DNA from: Eledone cirrhosa
Taxonomy: Eukaryota
Reading direction: 5' to 3'
DNA: 64,000 bases
NCBI GenBank assembly: GCA_964016885.1
Contig: OZ024745.1
Span: 112,716,001-112,780,000 of the forward strand
Shown: piece after piece, positions 14,289-27,600 of the stretch
How the letters are laid out: each line of letters begins with the position of its first letter
Position numbering within the stretch: position 1 is the first letter of the stretch
The notes under the pieces: model-generated
Told to the model about the DNA's origin: nothing
What the model saw: only the letters and a program-made list of their open reading frames with translations
Databases searched by the model: none
Position numbers and translations under genes: made by a program

Positions 14289-14347
14289 TTAAAATATGTC
14301 GTCATAAGTGACCAAAGATCTTGATTCTTTGTAGCTAACTGATGAAG
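14289..14347 (-). CDS. NELFE: NELFE last exon (...[13 protein letters not shown])
   Basis: cag|, TAA stop. Confidence 0.88.
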
Positions 14348-17300
14348 CTGTAGAAATAAAAAAAGTGAAGTTTAAATTATTGTTGAAAAAATAACAAACA
14401 TATAATTAAAATTATTCTAAACAGCTCTAAATTCAAATTCTGTGAAGATTGCCTTTTATTGTTTTGAGGCCAATTAAAAAAAAAATTATATAACTATAAT
14501 CCCTGAGAGTATATCTGATTAACTGATCTTTTAATAAGGAATTAATTAAAAAGATTCTGATTACATGTGGTGGAATGAGCCATTAAAAATAAAAAAAAGA
14601 CAAGCCTGGATAAAATAGAGGGGACAGAAAGTAATACCAGATAGCAAGGGAGGTCAGGGACCAAGTATATCAAGCAAAGGGAGAGCAGAAAAGATGTTTG
14701 TACATCTTATTCTTCATGAAGATCAGAGGTGTGAAGTGTTCAGGATAGTGAGACAGTATGCTAGAGAAAATCGCGGTGTGTCTGAAATGTTAGTGGAGCA
14801 CTTGCCCTGTCTGACGATGAAATGGAAGATTGCTGAACGAGGAAAATTAATGGGATAGTGAGGACCTACCCCTTGCAGACTCTACTCAGGGACCAGCCCT
14901 AAAAGTTGACAGCAGTATAAAAGATAAAGCAATTAAAGACATGAAGGTAAGGAAAGCAGTTGGACGATCTAGTATAGTTGCTGATATGCTAAAAGCATCT
15001 GGCATGGCAGGATATGAGCTAGTCAAGTAGTGTAGTATAGGATGGTGTATCAGTGTCATTGATAATTGTTATAGAGAGAAGTAACTACAGACATAATAGT
15101 GCAGGAAGGTCCGCAGAGAGCATAATAGCTAGAATAAGGACAGTATGGAAGAAGTTTAGGGAACTGCTATCTCTAACAACAAAAGGTTTCTCTCTATGAA
15201 AGAAAAGTCAGCTGAATGATGCCTGGTAGTAAGATATGGGCAGTGAACAGAAGACATGTGAAGGCTGGAGAGAAAGAGGCAAGCATGCTTTGAAGGATGT
15301 GGAATGTTATGTGTTAGAATAACAGCATGAATGAACTGAGGGAGAAACTAGGACTAAAAGGAATCAGAAGTAGTATGCAGGAGAGAGACAGTATTGATAT
15401 AGATGATGATCACTGGGTGAAGAAGTCCCAAGTAATCCCAGTGGAGGAGGCCATGGTAAAGGAAGACCAGGATGAAAGTGGTGAGAGCTAATCTTAGATT
15501 GCTGAAGCTCACAAAGGAGATGTCAAAGGAATGTGACAAGTAGAAAGATGCTGAACTGAGAAGGAACTGTCCAATCCATGCAAGCATGGAAAAACAGACA
15601 AGAAATGATGATATACATTTTACCGGGTATAGTCTTGCAGGCCTCATTTCAAGTTTCACACCCATTATGGGATTCTGGCACCAACCTGTTTAGTCACATC
15701 TCATGATATGCAAGGAACTGTAAAGTTATGTTGGTACCACAACATCCAGTCCAAAATAAATGGGGTCGTGTAGGTGTCACGACAAAAAAACACACATGTA
15801 ATGTGGTCGTGTAGGTAACGCGTAAAGACCTCCCAGTCCACACTGTAAACGTGGTTGGTGTTAGGAAGTGCATCCAGCCGTAGAAAACCTGCCAGACAGT
15901 CCTATACGAGCGAGACATGGTCACCCGACCAATCTTGCCTCAAGTAGGACAATTTCCGTCTAAATACATGCTAGCGTGGAAGATGGACGTTAAACGATGT
16001 ACCTATTCAAAACCTAATACACACAGCAATATATTGTAACATTTTCAGAATTTACCTGTTTTTGTCGATGAAGGTGATTGTGATGATGAAGATTGCTCCT
16101 GAGGTTGAATAAAGGAAGGTTGTCGCCTTGCCATGGTTACATTTAACTGAACATCTGAGACCATACTACCATTTATCTGAATACAATAATAAAGAAAATC
16201 ATGCAGATTAGACAAGATTTATTTATCTATCTTCATCCACATAATACTTTTCACACATTTATAAATTAATTAAGAAATAGAAAACAGAATTTCAGTCAAC
16301 CTTAAGAAGTTTTAATTTAATTCACTAGCAATTTATGTTTCTATTTTATCTACAAAAAAAAAAAAGAATCAATTGACAAGATCCCAGATCTCATTTGCTT
16401 ACCAATAGAGAGGAGATCGTTAAATAGGACCAAGGAAACAATGTTTCCATTGCTGATACTATCTATGAGTTGCAACTCCTGGCAGAAAGAGCAATATGAA
16501 ATAAAGTGTCTTGTTTAAGGACATACAACATCACCTGGTTTGAGAATCAAACTCACAACCTCACATTTTTGCAAATCCAATTCTCTAACCACTAAGCCAC
16601 ATGCATTCATCTAAAAATATTATTCCAAACCAGAATATACATACCGTCTCAATAGCTTTTTCTGCATACTCAACTTTTTCAAAGGTAACAAAACCACGAC
16701 TAATAAAAAATAAAAAAAAAGATATATAGAAAACATAATTCATGTAGTTTGATGGATTGTGATAGTACATGTCTGGGTTTTGTAGAATGGGAACTAATTG
16801 GTGCACATTCTTGTGAGTGTGTATAGATAGGATTTACAAAGACTGGAAAGAAATGAAGTGAGCATGTTCCAATGGTAGCGTAGATCAAAGGTTCTCAACG
16901 GGGGGCATTTCGTGATTTCGAGGGACAAAAGGGGGCGTTTGGCCTAAATGGGTTGAGAACCTGTGGCGTAGATGAATGACAAAGTATTATTGAAATAAAA
17001 GAAAACTGCAGATCAGATGTAGTGTGCAAAAGAAATGGTTGTACTCAGTGGATAGAACATGTGGAAGAAAACACGGGATGAAGTGTTGAAGGCTGACTTC
17101 AAGAAGTTCTTCTCAACATACGACTTCTGAAGGAGAAGCTCAGGAGTATCTGTTTTGAGGATGTGGTGACAAACGTCCTGGACACCTTCACTTTGGAGGA
17201 CTACAAGAGGGCCTTCCAGAAGTGGCTTGAGCGCTACCACAAGTGCATTGAAATTGGAAGATCCTACTTTGAAGGAGACTAGATTTTTGTGTTGATCCGA

Positions 17301-18407
17301 GTGAAATAAATGTCTCTGATAAAAGTATCAAAACCTCTTGAGTGTACCTCGTGTGTGTGTATATATATGTAAATATGTATATTTATATATATATACTATA
17401 TACACATACATATATATACATACATATACATATATATAAAGGCTTCTCCCTCAAAATGAAACGCAGACTGAATGATGCATGTATCCGAACAGCAATGTTA
17501 CATGGTAGTGAGACCTGGGCGCTGAAGGTGGAAGACTTACGTAGATTAGAGAGAAACGAAGCCTGCATGCTCCGATGGATGTGTAACAGTAATATACGCG
17601 AACGACAAAGCATAAATGAATTGAGAGAGAGACTGAGCATAAGAGGAATCAAATGCTGTCTGCAGGAGAGGCGGTTGCGCTGGTATCGACATGTGATGCG
17701 TATGAAGGATGACAGCTGCATAAAAAGGTGCAGAGCACTAGAAGTCGATGGAAACCGCGGAGTGGAGAGACCCAAGATGACCTGGGATGAGGTGATAAAA
17801 GCCGACCTTACCCAATTACACCTCTCAAAGGCAATGACACACGGCCGTGACTTCTGGCGTCATGCAGTAATACAGAGTACCCGACCTCCCATGGGTACAT
17901 GCTGAAGCATATAGACAATATGCCCCCACCGCAAGGTGGTCGTGGAGGTGCCACGGCAAAAAAGCACCCAGCCCACACTGTAAAGTGGACGTGTAGGTGC
18001 CACGAAAAAGCACCCAGCACTCACTGTAAATGAGGTTGGTGTTAGGAAGGGCATCCAGCTGTAGAAATCAAGCCAAATCAGTTCCTGTATGAGCAAGGCA
18101 TGGTCAGCCGACCAGACACTGCCCACAACAGGACAACCCGTCTAACCCATGCTAGCGTGGAAAACGGTGATGATGATGATGATATAGTCCAAACCCATGC
18201 AAGCGTGGAAGATGGACGTTAAACGATGATGATGATAATGATGATGATATATATATATATATATACACATATATATATATACACATATATATACACACAT
18301 ATATATACACACATATATATACACATATATATACACATATATATATACACACATATATATATACACACATATATATATATATACACATATATATATATAC
18401 ACACATA

Positions 18408-18441
<34 letters not shown>

Positions 18442-18581
18442 CACACACACACACATATATATACATATATACACACATACATATATATATATATACATAC
18501 ATATATATATACACATACATATATACATACATTTATATATACACATATATATATACATACATACACACACACACACACACA

Positions 18582-18671
<90 letters not shown>

Positions 18672-21600
18672 AATAGATAGCTACAAACACATACTTACTT
18701 ACATACATTCACATACAGGCTTGTGTCTGTATGTACATCAATTCATTTAGCTCTTTCTTAAATAGATTTTCAAGAATAAAGTTGTTCCGATAATAATTTT
18801 TTATGGATAGGCTGAGTTTGCTAATTTAAACATCTGCACCTATACCAACAGTATGTCTTGTGGCCTACATACATTTATAAAATTAAGCAATAGTTACATC
18901 TAGTAACAATTCTAGTTTTTGTTCCAGAAACTGTCTGTATAGTACTAGAAACAGTATGTGATAATCTGTAATCCTGTAACTTAGCATTTTAACATTTCAA
19001 TCATTAATACTGTATGCATATTTATACAATACTTTTTAAGCCTGACTTCACCAACAGTTAAATTTAAGATGTGAATGCAATAACAAATTGAAATCAAGTT
19101 TATTTAAAAACATACTTTTTTTCTAGTTCCATTGTTACATTTACAATTGGACCAATGTTTTCAAATGCCTTCCGCAGTAACTCCTCTGTAACTCTATGGC
19201 CAAAAACATGTACTGTATTACCTTTCCTTGGGTTATCCGACCGATCTTCTCTATTGCGATCATATCCTGTAGACATAAAAAGTCAATAAATAAGCTCTGT
19301 AGATAATTAATAGGTGATATCATTAGTACTGAATGTGGGACTACAGATAGCAAAATAGCAAGTGTTAGACATGTGTGTGTCTGTCTGTATGAAGTTTATA
19401 TAACTGCTAACATTGTTGCCAACAAAAGCATATCTTATTGTAATAATACTGTGAGTATATCTGAAAAGTTTTGGTGAGCTTTCTCAGTGATGAGATGCTA
19501 GCAGCAACAAACACCAAGCTAATGTTCAAACTAGTAAGAATTCCTAATGTTCAAAATGCACAGCTTGCTCAGATAAAAAGATAGTACTTTATCTCTAGTC
19601 TACATGATCATTTAAATTACACATAAATATATAAAACCAAATTTAATTATGTAATCAAAATATACTAACTCGTATGTCTCATGCCACCTTCCATAACAAA
19701 ACTTTCGGAAAGTCCTTTTCGCCGTGGTTTTATAACCTATGGATGTATAAAAGAAGAAACACTACAATACCAAAGTTAAAAAAAAAAAAGAAAAAAAGCA
19801 TTAAAATCATATTTCAGTGTCAAAATCTGTGTGATTAATGGTTTAATTTCTTGTTAAATAAATGATGACAGTGTTAGGAAGGGCATCCAGTCGTAGACAC
19901 CATGCTCTCAGTACAGACTGTAAATTGGTTGGCGTTAGAAAGGGTATCCAGAAACCAAGCCAAAACAAAACCTATGAGCAGGACCCAGTCACTTGACCGA
20001 CCAGGCCTCATGAAGGATAGTTTTTAAATAAATATAAACATTTTAAAACAGTTTTGTATCATAGATTTAGAGCCAGTTTACAGTCGACCACAGTATTTAA
20101 ATCCAGAGCATGAAACACTCAAATGTTTGAAGACAATAAACCAACAATTTTGTGGAGGGGAAAATTGATTAAATCAGCGCCAGTAATATCTACTTGTGCT
20201 CTTTCATGCTTAGATGCTTAGAATAGTGATCTACAATTATGAGAAAGCATAAAAAATGTTTATGTAGTCATGTGATCCAAATTTCTTTGGATACATACAT
20301 TCATGAGAGAGCTCTTCACAATAAAAACAATAATACTGGAACAAGATTGACAAAGGAGTCATACAATGCTCCATTGGCATATTCATTGTGTTAAGTGAAC
20401 CACTTTATCTCAGGTAAACACAGAATAACTTACTGAATAATACTGATTTTCATAGAAACAGTTTGTTTCTTACTATTATACATCAAGTGATCTATAAAAG
20501 AATTTGAAGAGAAAACTAAGTTTTCTAGATACTTCGTATTTATGTCCATCCTGTAAGGTCATCATGGTCATGACACAAGAAAAAGCACCCAGTCCACCCT
20601 GTAAGGTGGTCATGCTGGTGTCACAATAAAAAAACACCCAGTCCACACTGTAACATAGCTGGTGTAAGGAAGGGCATCCAGTTGTAGAAAACATGCCAAA
20701 ATACAGATCCATATGAGTATGATGTGGTCGTCTGACTGAATTGTCTCATAACATGACAACCCATCTAACCCATGCAAGTTTGGAAAATGGATGTTAAATG
20801 ATGATGACACAAAACAACACCAAAGTTGTATGACTTACTTCTTTTTCTTCTTCTTTCTCTTGACTATCAGGATGGGTAGCAGAAAATGGTTGAAAGCCAA
20901 CTGTACTTTGTGTTTTGTCAGGATCCTAGATAAGTTTTGAAAAATTTGAGTATTTATAAAAGATTCAAAGAATGAATAATTTTCATGTAGTTTAGATTAT
21001 TGCAGTAAATACTAGTTACCAATCAATCTCTCCCAAAGTTAAGATAATTCAGATGATCTATCAATTCCCCTGTATGGGTGTGAAATGTGAAGTGTGAAGA
21101 CCAGCCAAGTGAACCAATTATATGTATTTGATACCTAAGACCTTCACAAAATCCTTGGCATCAGTTAGGATGAATTTATCCCCAACATAGAAGTCTATCA
21201 ACAGACCAACAATGTGTGTCACATCACGTGAAGGTGTTGACTCGACTTGGATGGTTGGGACACATCACAGGACTTCCAATTGAGAGACATGCTAATCAAG
21301 TATCTCCCCCCCCCCTCCCCCCGCACAATGGGAAAAGGTGAAGAGGATGTCCTAAAATGAACTACAAACAAACAATCGACAGAGGCCTGAAACATGTCAA
21401 CAAAAGTTGGAACGATGTATTGATAGATGCAACTGACTGTGGACATTGGAGCACTTTGGCTACCTCACGCATCTACGCATCTGAAGATGCTTAAAATGGG
21501 TTATCATTTTGAAGTCCATCTGATGATGCAGCAACTCAACCAAATCTGGATTTGATTCTTATTGATCCTAATTTTTATACAAAAGTCTTTGGTGAAAAAA

Positions 21601-24600
21601 GTTAATCTGGATATTATAACTATTAGGATGTCAATATTTCTATGATTACCAACACTGATTTTTACATCTGTAAAGAATGTAGAGACATGTACATAAGATA
21701 ACATCCATGAGCTTGGTTGGTCTCGTTTGGGGATCTAGTCGTATCAATGGAAATGGTTGCTTCTGACAGTACCCACTGGAAGGCGTGTTTGAGGACTCTC
21801 CCCACGACCCTCCTAGGAATAAATGGTCGTAGAAGACTACCACCATGTGCTATTTCTGGCAAAAGAAAATATATAGAATAGTTTAGGCAGTAAAAATACT
21901 TGAATAAAAACCATTTCCCAATATTTTATTTTTGTCAAACAAGTAACATCATTAGACTGATTCTCCATGAATGAGGAAGTGGTGGGAAATGATGAAACTA
22001 GACGCAGATTAATGGATTATGAAATTGTCTCAACAGAATATGAACAATATGTGGACAAAGAATAAATATAAGACCAATTTAAATAAAGCTTTAAATGCTC
22101 AGATAAGAATTCGCCAGGATTTTGTCGTAAAAAAATTAATAAATAAATAAAGTAAACATTTCTGAGAAATTTTATCTTACCTTGAGTTTCTTTTCAAAGT
22201 TTTTTGAACGCTTAAAACTTTGTTTGTCTTTGTTTTCATTGTTTAACTTAATTGCCTGCAAACAAAAGATATCAACTTTATGCAAAATATCATTAAAAAT
22301 ATTCCTACAAAGTGTTTTGAATTTCTTCTAAGATTTTATGCATTTTCAATGACTACTTTACATCCACTTCTCACATGCCAATGTGGATAGCATGGCTTTT
22401 GCAAATTGGGACAAATGCCTTGAATTATACAACAACTCAACTATAGAGTAATATGCTTTATCTATGGGCACGCTACAACCATCACAGTATTAACATAATG
22501 AAGAGAGCAAGTTCAGTAGCAAGACTACAAAACTGACACCACTGAATGTTGTAACGAGAAACATTATCCAAGATGTAATGAGCAAAAAGAATGTGTGTCC
22601 ATATAAGGCTAGGGAGGTAGGTGTAAAAGCCAAAGTCACTAGTTTCAATTTGGTATTCATGCCAACTTTTACCTATGGTCATGAATCTTGGGTAATGATT
22701 GAAAGGATATAACCGCGCATACAAATGACTGAAATGGGGTTCTTCCGAAGGGACTTTGGAGTAATGTTACTTGATAGAGTGCATAGCTCGGAGATCAGAG
22801 AGTTGCTCCAGGTAGAGTCACTACCTCTCCGAATTAAGTGATCAAAGCTCTGATACTACAGACATGTGGCTAGAATGTCTAGGGAAAGAATCATTGAATA
22901 GATTTTACTGGCAAAACTAACTGGCAGGAGACCCAGGAGTAGACCACAAGCAAAATGGTTGGATAACATCCATGAGTTTGGCTGGTCGCATTTGGAGATG
23001 GTTGTTTCTGACAGGACCCACTGGAAGGAGAGTTTGAGGACTCTACCCTCACAACCGTAGCAGGAATAAGTGGGCGAAGAAGACTAGCTGCCAATCTTTA
23101 ACCAAAGTATCCTATTGGACTGGAAGTAGCAATTCATAACATTCAATGGGCCTCTAAAGGTTTAATCTCCCTGGTGCTTTCTGGATTTTTATTATGTGAT
23201 ATTTTCAGCCTGTCACTAGGATGAAGGTTCCAATATGTCAACACTGTGGCATTCACTAATAGAGTCTGATCAAATCCCTATGGAGCTTGTTTTTCCAGAT
23301 GGTGCTATATCTTCAGTTAAGTGTCGGGGCTGTAATATCCTCAGCCTGTCACTATGGCATTTGTTACTGGGTCAACGGTTCCAATACGAGGGTGGGCTGA
23401 AAAGTTCATAGGCTGACTATGAAGGGGTGATGTTAGAGCTGTGAAATCTTGCATACAACAATTTCAACTCTTCTTAATAACTACATTGTTTCCAAGTAAT
23501 CTGATATTTGACTGCTTTAAGAAGACTGCAACAGTAACTAGTAGTGACTTCTCTTGAAAATGGACAATATTTGGCATCATGGTGTTATCAATTACTTGCA
23601 GAAAAAGGGTCTAGCCCCCTAAGACATTCATTCATGCTGGTTCATCACTTTGAGCCAGACACAATCTATGCAATGGAAACACCCCTCCTTACCTGTTCTA
23701 AAAAAGGCCAAGATCGTTTCATCCGCAGGGAAGGTGATGGCTTCAGCTTTTGGGAATACAAAAGCGCCACACCATCAATGGAGAGTATTATGCCAACTTG
23801 CTGAGGCAGTTACAAAAGGCTACCAAAACCAAACGCCAAGGAAAAATTACAAAAGGGGTCTTGTTTCATCAGGACAATGCTCCAGCACAACAGTCCTTGG
23901 TTTTAAGCTGGTTGATCACCCTCCCTATTTTCCTGATTTAGCTCCATCTGACTATCATGTTCTCACATTACATGAGAGTATCTCGGTCAGCCCAAGAACT
24001 TTTCAGCAAACTCACATATGTCAACACAGTTAAGTGGTGGGGCTTGATATTCTCAGCCTGTCACTGTGGAAATTATCACTGGGTCTAAGGTTCCAATATG
24101 TCAACACTGGTATTCACTAATCTGATCAAATTCCTGTGGAGCTCGTTCATCCAGATCGTACTAGATCTTCAGTTGAGTCTGTGTCGATGTAACTGGTTAT
24201 TTGATGTGAGCATTTTGATGAGTAGCATCAGCTAGTTTGACACGAATGATCTTTTAACTTGTATTTATTGTTGGATTAAACCATCTGAGCAAAACTTATC
24301 TGGGTTTAGACAGCCATCTAGGTAAAGATTGTCTCATTGATAAGCAATGCTTAAAGTTAAACAATCTTTTATGAGGTATCTGGGTAGTCACAGTGTAAAG
24401 AAGAACCAAGTAGCATATGTGTGAATTTCACTGGGGGTATGATTTTTGTAGGCAGTCCCCAGCCACAAGCTTTTGGGATAGTGTAATATGCAGCAACACT
24501 TTATGCCTTTGAATGTTATCAGTTGCAGTGGAAGAACCAAGGAAATCGCTAAATATTTAGAAAGATTTACCTTGGATTTTGTTGAAGACAGAAACTTGCT

Positions 24601-27600
24601 ATGTAGATGCAGAGATCAATGATGCCACCAGATCCTGGAGCAGATGCATGCTGAGTAATTTGAATGTTTACACCACCAAATTATCATGGATTGGTATGAT
24701 CAAACTGGATGTTGAATCAGTATCTGGTTGTTATATTTATGGTGTCTGCCACTGGAATAATGACTGGTTGATGATCTCCATGTCCAATGTTTGCGATTAT
24801 TGAATGTGGTTAGCTTCTGGTTGAATCTAGCTCAAACCATCCCGATTGAATTTGACAAACATCCAGTAATTACATGGAGATATATCCCTAAAATCACACT
24901 TTAGAGTGGAATAAACTGTTAGTGAAATATTGTTTTATGAAGAGGAAGGTGAATAGCAGTGTCAGTGTGGAAGAGCCAAGAAGTGTGGAAGAGCTGCAGC
25001 CAATGATAGTCAAGGAGCCTACTGTATGATTGAGGTGACACTATTTGAAGGTAATACCAGAAACACCATGAAGACTAACATCCTTGTTGAGTTGACGTTA
25101 CTAAAAACAATAATAATTCTTTCTAACATTGGCACAAGGCCAGCAATTAGAGGAGGAAGATGGAAAGTCGAATATATTGCCCCCCAGCACTTAACTGCTA
25201 CTTTATTTTATTGACACCAGAATGATGAAAGACAAAATTAACCTCAGAACATAGAAAGTTGTAACTACTACAAAGCATTTTATTCATGCTCTACCGATAT
25301 TGCCAACACACTGCCTTCGGATTAAAAACAATAGTAATAATAATAATGGTTTCTGATTTAGGCACAAGGCCAGCAAATTTGGTGGTGGTGGTGGTAGGGG
25401 GTTGAATAAATTGGCCCCAGTTCGTGACTGGTACTTTATTTTATCGACCCTGTAAGGATGAAAGGCAAAGTTAACGTTAACAGGATTTGAACTCAGAACG
25501 TAAAGGGCCGTAACTCTATGTTGTAAAGCATGTTGTCCGACGCTCTACCGATACTGCCAACCCTAATAGTAATTATAATTGTTTCTACTTTTGGCACAAG
25601 GCCAGCAATTACCCAGTGCATTACTGGTATTTTATTTTATCGACCCCGTAAGGATGAAAGGCAAAGTTAACCTCGGTGGGATTTGAACTCAGAATGGAAG
25701 AATAATAATTTGTCTTACACCAGATTTTAAAAGTCTTTTAGCATGTTCTAAGGCATCTGCTGAAGATTCTGAAGCTGAAAATACATAATGAAATTAAACA
25801 TCATCATCACCATTTTATGTCTATTTTGCATGCTTGCATAGGTTAACAACAATTATTTTATAATTAATTTATCAAAATTTCATTCATCTACTATAAATGT
25901 GATAAAGAGTCTATTCAAAGTCAATAGTGATTTACTCCAAAAGAAATATGAATTGTGATGTTATTTAACTTTCCAAAGGATTATGCCCTCAGAAAGAAAT
26001 ATTTGATAATTGTGAATAAGTTTACCTCTACTCTATAACACATAATAAATAAGTAATGGGCATACAGCACATGCTTAAAATCTATTCATCAGAAAAGCAT
26101 GTCAGTTCCTTATAAAATACAGTATGGACAAATTGAGAAAATAACCTAAACTAATTTAAGTACTACTAAGATAAGTTCCTCAGTAACCTGCAATTGGCCA
26201 AGTGTGGTGAGTACGGCTACACTCCAAACACAACCAAAACCAAACAGAAAGTGGTGAAGGTTTACCAGGGAGGGGTTCCTCCAATAGGAGTGAAAAGGCA
26301 TTGGATTAGAAAATAGGTTACGTATAGAATAATCGACCATAACCAGCTGCTCATACTTATGTTAAGATATTATTCTCTAAATAAATAATATCAAGATCTC
26401 ATAGATTCGATATTACGTAAGATAATTATACCATGAAAATATAATAGTAAATATAGAGTAATACAAATGCTAAAGGGTTAATGTAATGGTAAAAAAAAAT
26501 TTGAAACTTTACTTCAACATTCAAAAATTAAAGCTACAAAATAACTAAAATATAAAAAAAAGTTTCAACTCAGAATATAATTTATTTTTTCTGAAAGCTA
26601 TTCCTCAGAAAGGTAACTCATAGTTACATTTTTGTCCTTATAAAGTTTATCAAAATGAATAAAGATAGTTTTTTGTTTTGTTTTAATTTTTTTGTAGAGG
26701 GTGCTTAACCACTGCTAATATTTACAGTTGAAGTGCTGTTTATTTAAGCAAAGGTATCTAAAGCTGATGGCCACAATCTAACTAAGAAACTAGTTACTCT
26801 TCACAGTAAAATGCTAGGTAGTTGGAAGTATTTCCTTTAAAAGTTAAAGTTCTAAGCCAAAGGTTCATTAGGCTGGTGCTTATCCCTAGTTACCTTGTTA
26901 CTAAGTGACTGAGAGTACAAGACTAGCCCTGGACAGGATGCCAGTCAAATAAAGCGGTTTGCTCAATGCAGGAATCAAACTGAAGATATTACAATCATGT
27001 CAAGCATCCTAACCATTGCTTCAACAACAACCATCCCCCTTATACTAACATATAGAAAAAAAGATGTAAAACAGTTTTAAAAGCTTACGTCGTTTTACAG
27101 GTGGAGTGTTAACAGTTTGGCTCTCTGGTTTAGCAATTCTCATGGCCTGCAAAGCTTTCTTCTGAATAATAAAACAAGTATGTTATATTACATTTCTCTA
27201 TATGAACATATTTTTGTTCCTGGTAACATCAATGCAACAAAATATAATATCTCCAAAAAATGTAAAATAGTTTACCATCTGCTTTAACATAGAGGCAAAA
27301 ATGTCAATTTTCTGTTAGTTCAACATACAATTTCACAAATTTCAAGCAATTCATTTCTGTAATTGCAGGGCATTTTTCTACATTAACTACCAAGATCTTT
27401 GACATGCACTTGATAGGTTTGCTGCTGAGTGTTGCACAGCAGGAATGAAAATCAGTGCTGCAGGGAAGTCCACGCAGTGCACTCTACATATAAATGGAGT
27501 TTCACTGAAGCATCTCAGGGCCATTTTCACAGGTGATGGAAGGCTGGAGGCTGAATTAGGGGTAAAATATTGCAGGAGCTGGTGCAGTAATGCAACAGCA

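Noticed and set aside
18142-18750. Long YI/CV/HT-rich ORFs (also 32082, 33101, 45897, 58669)
   Set aside because: These are translations of (TA)n/(CA)n microsatellites.
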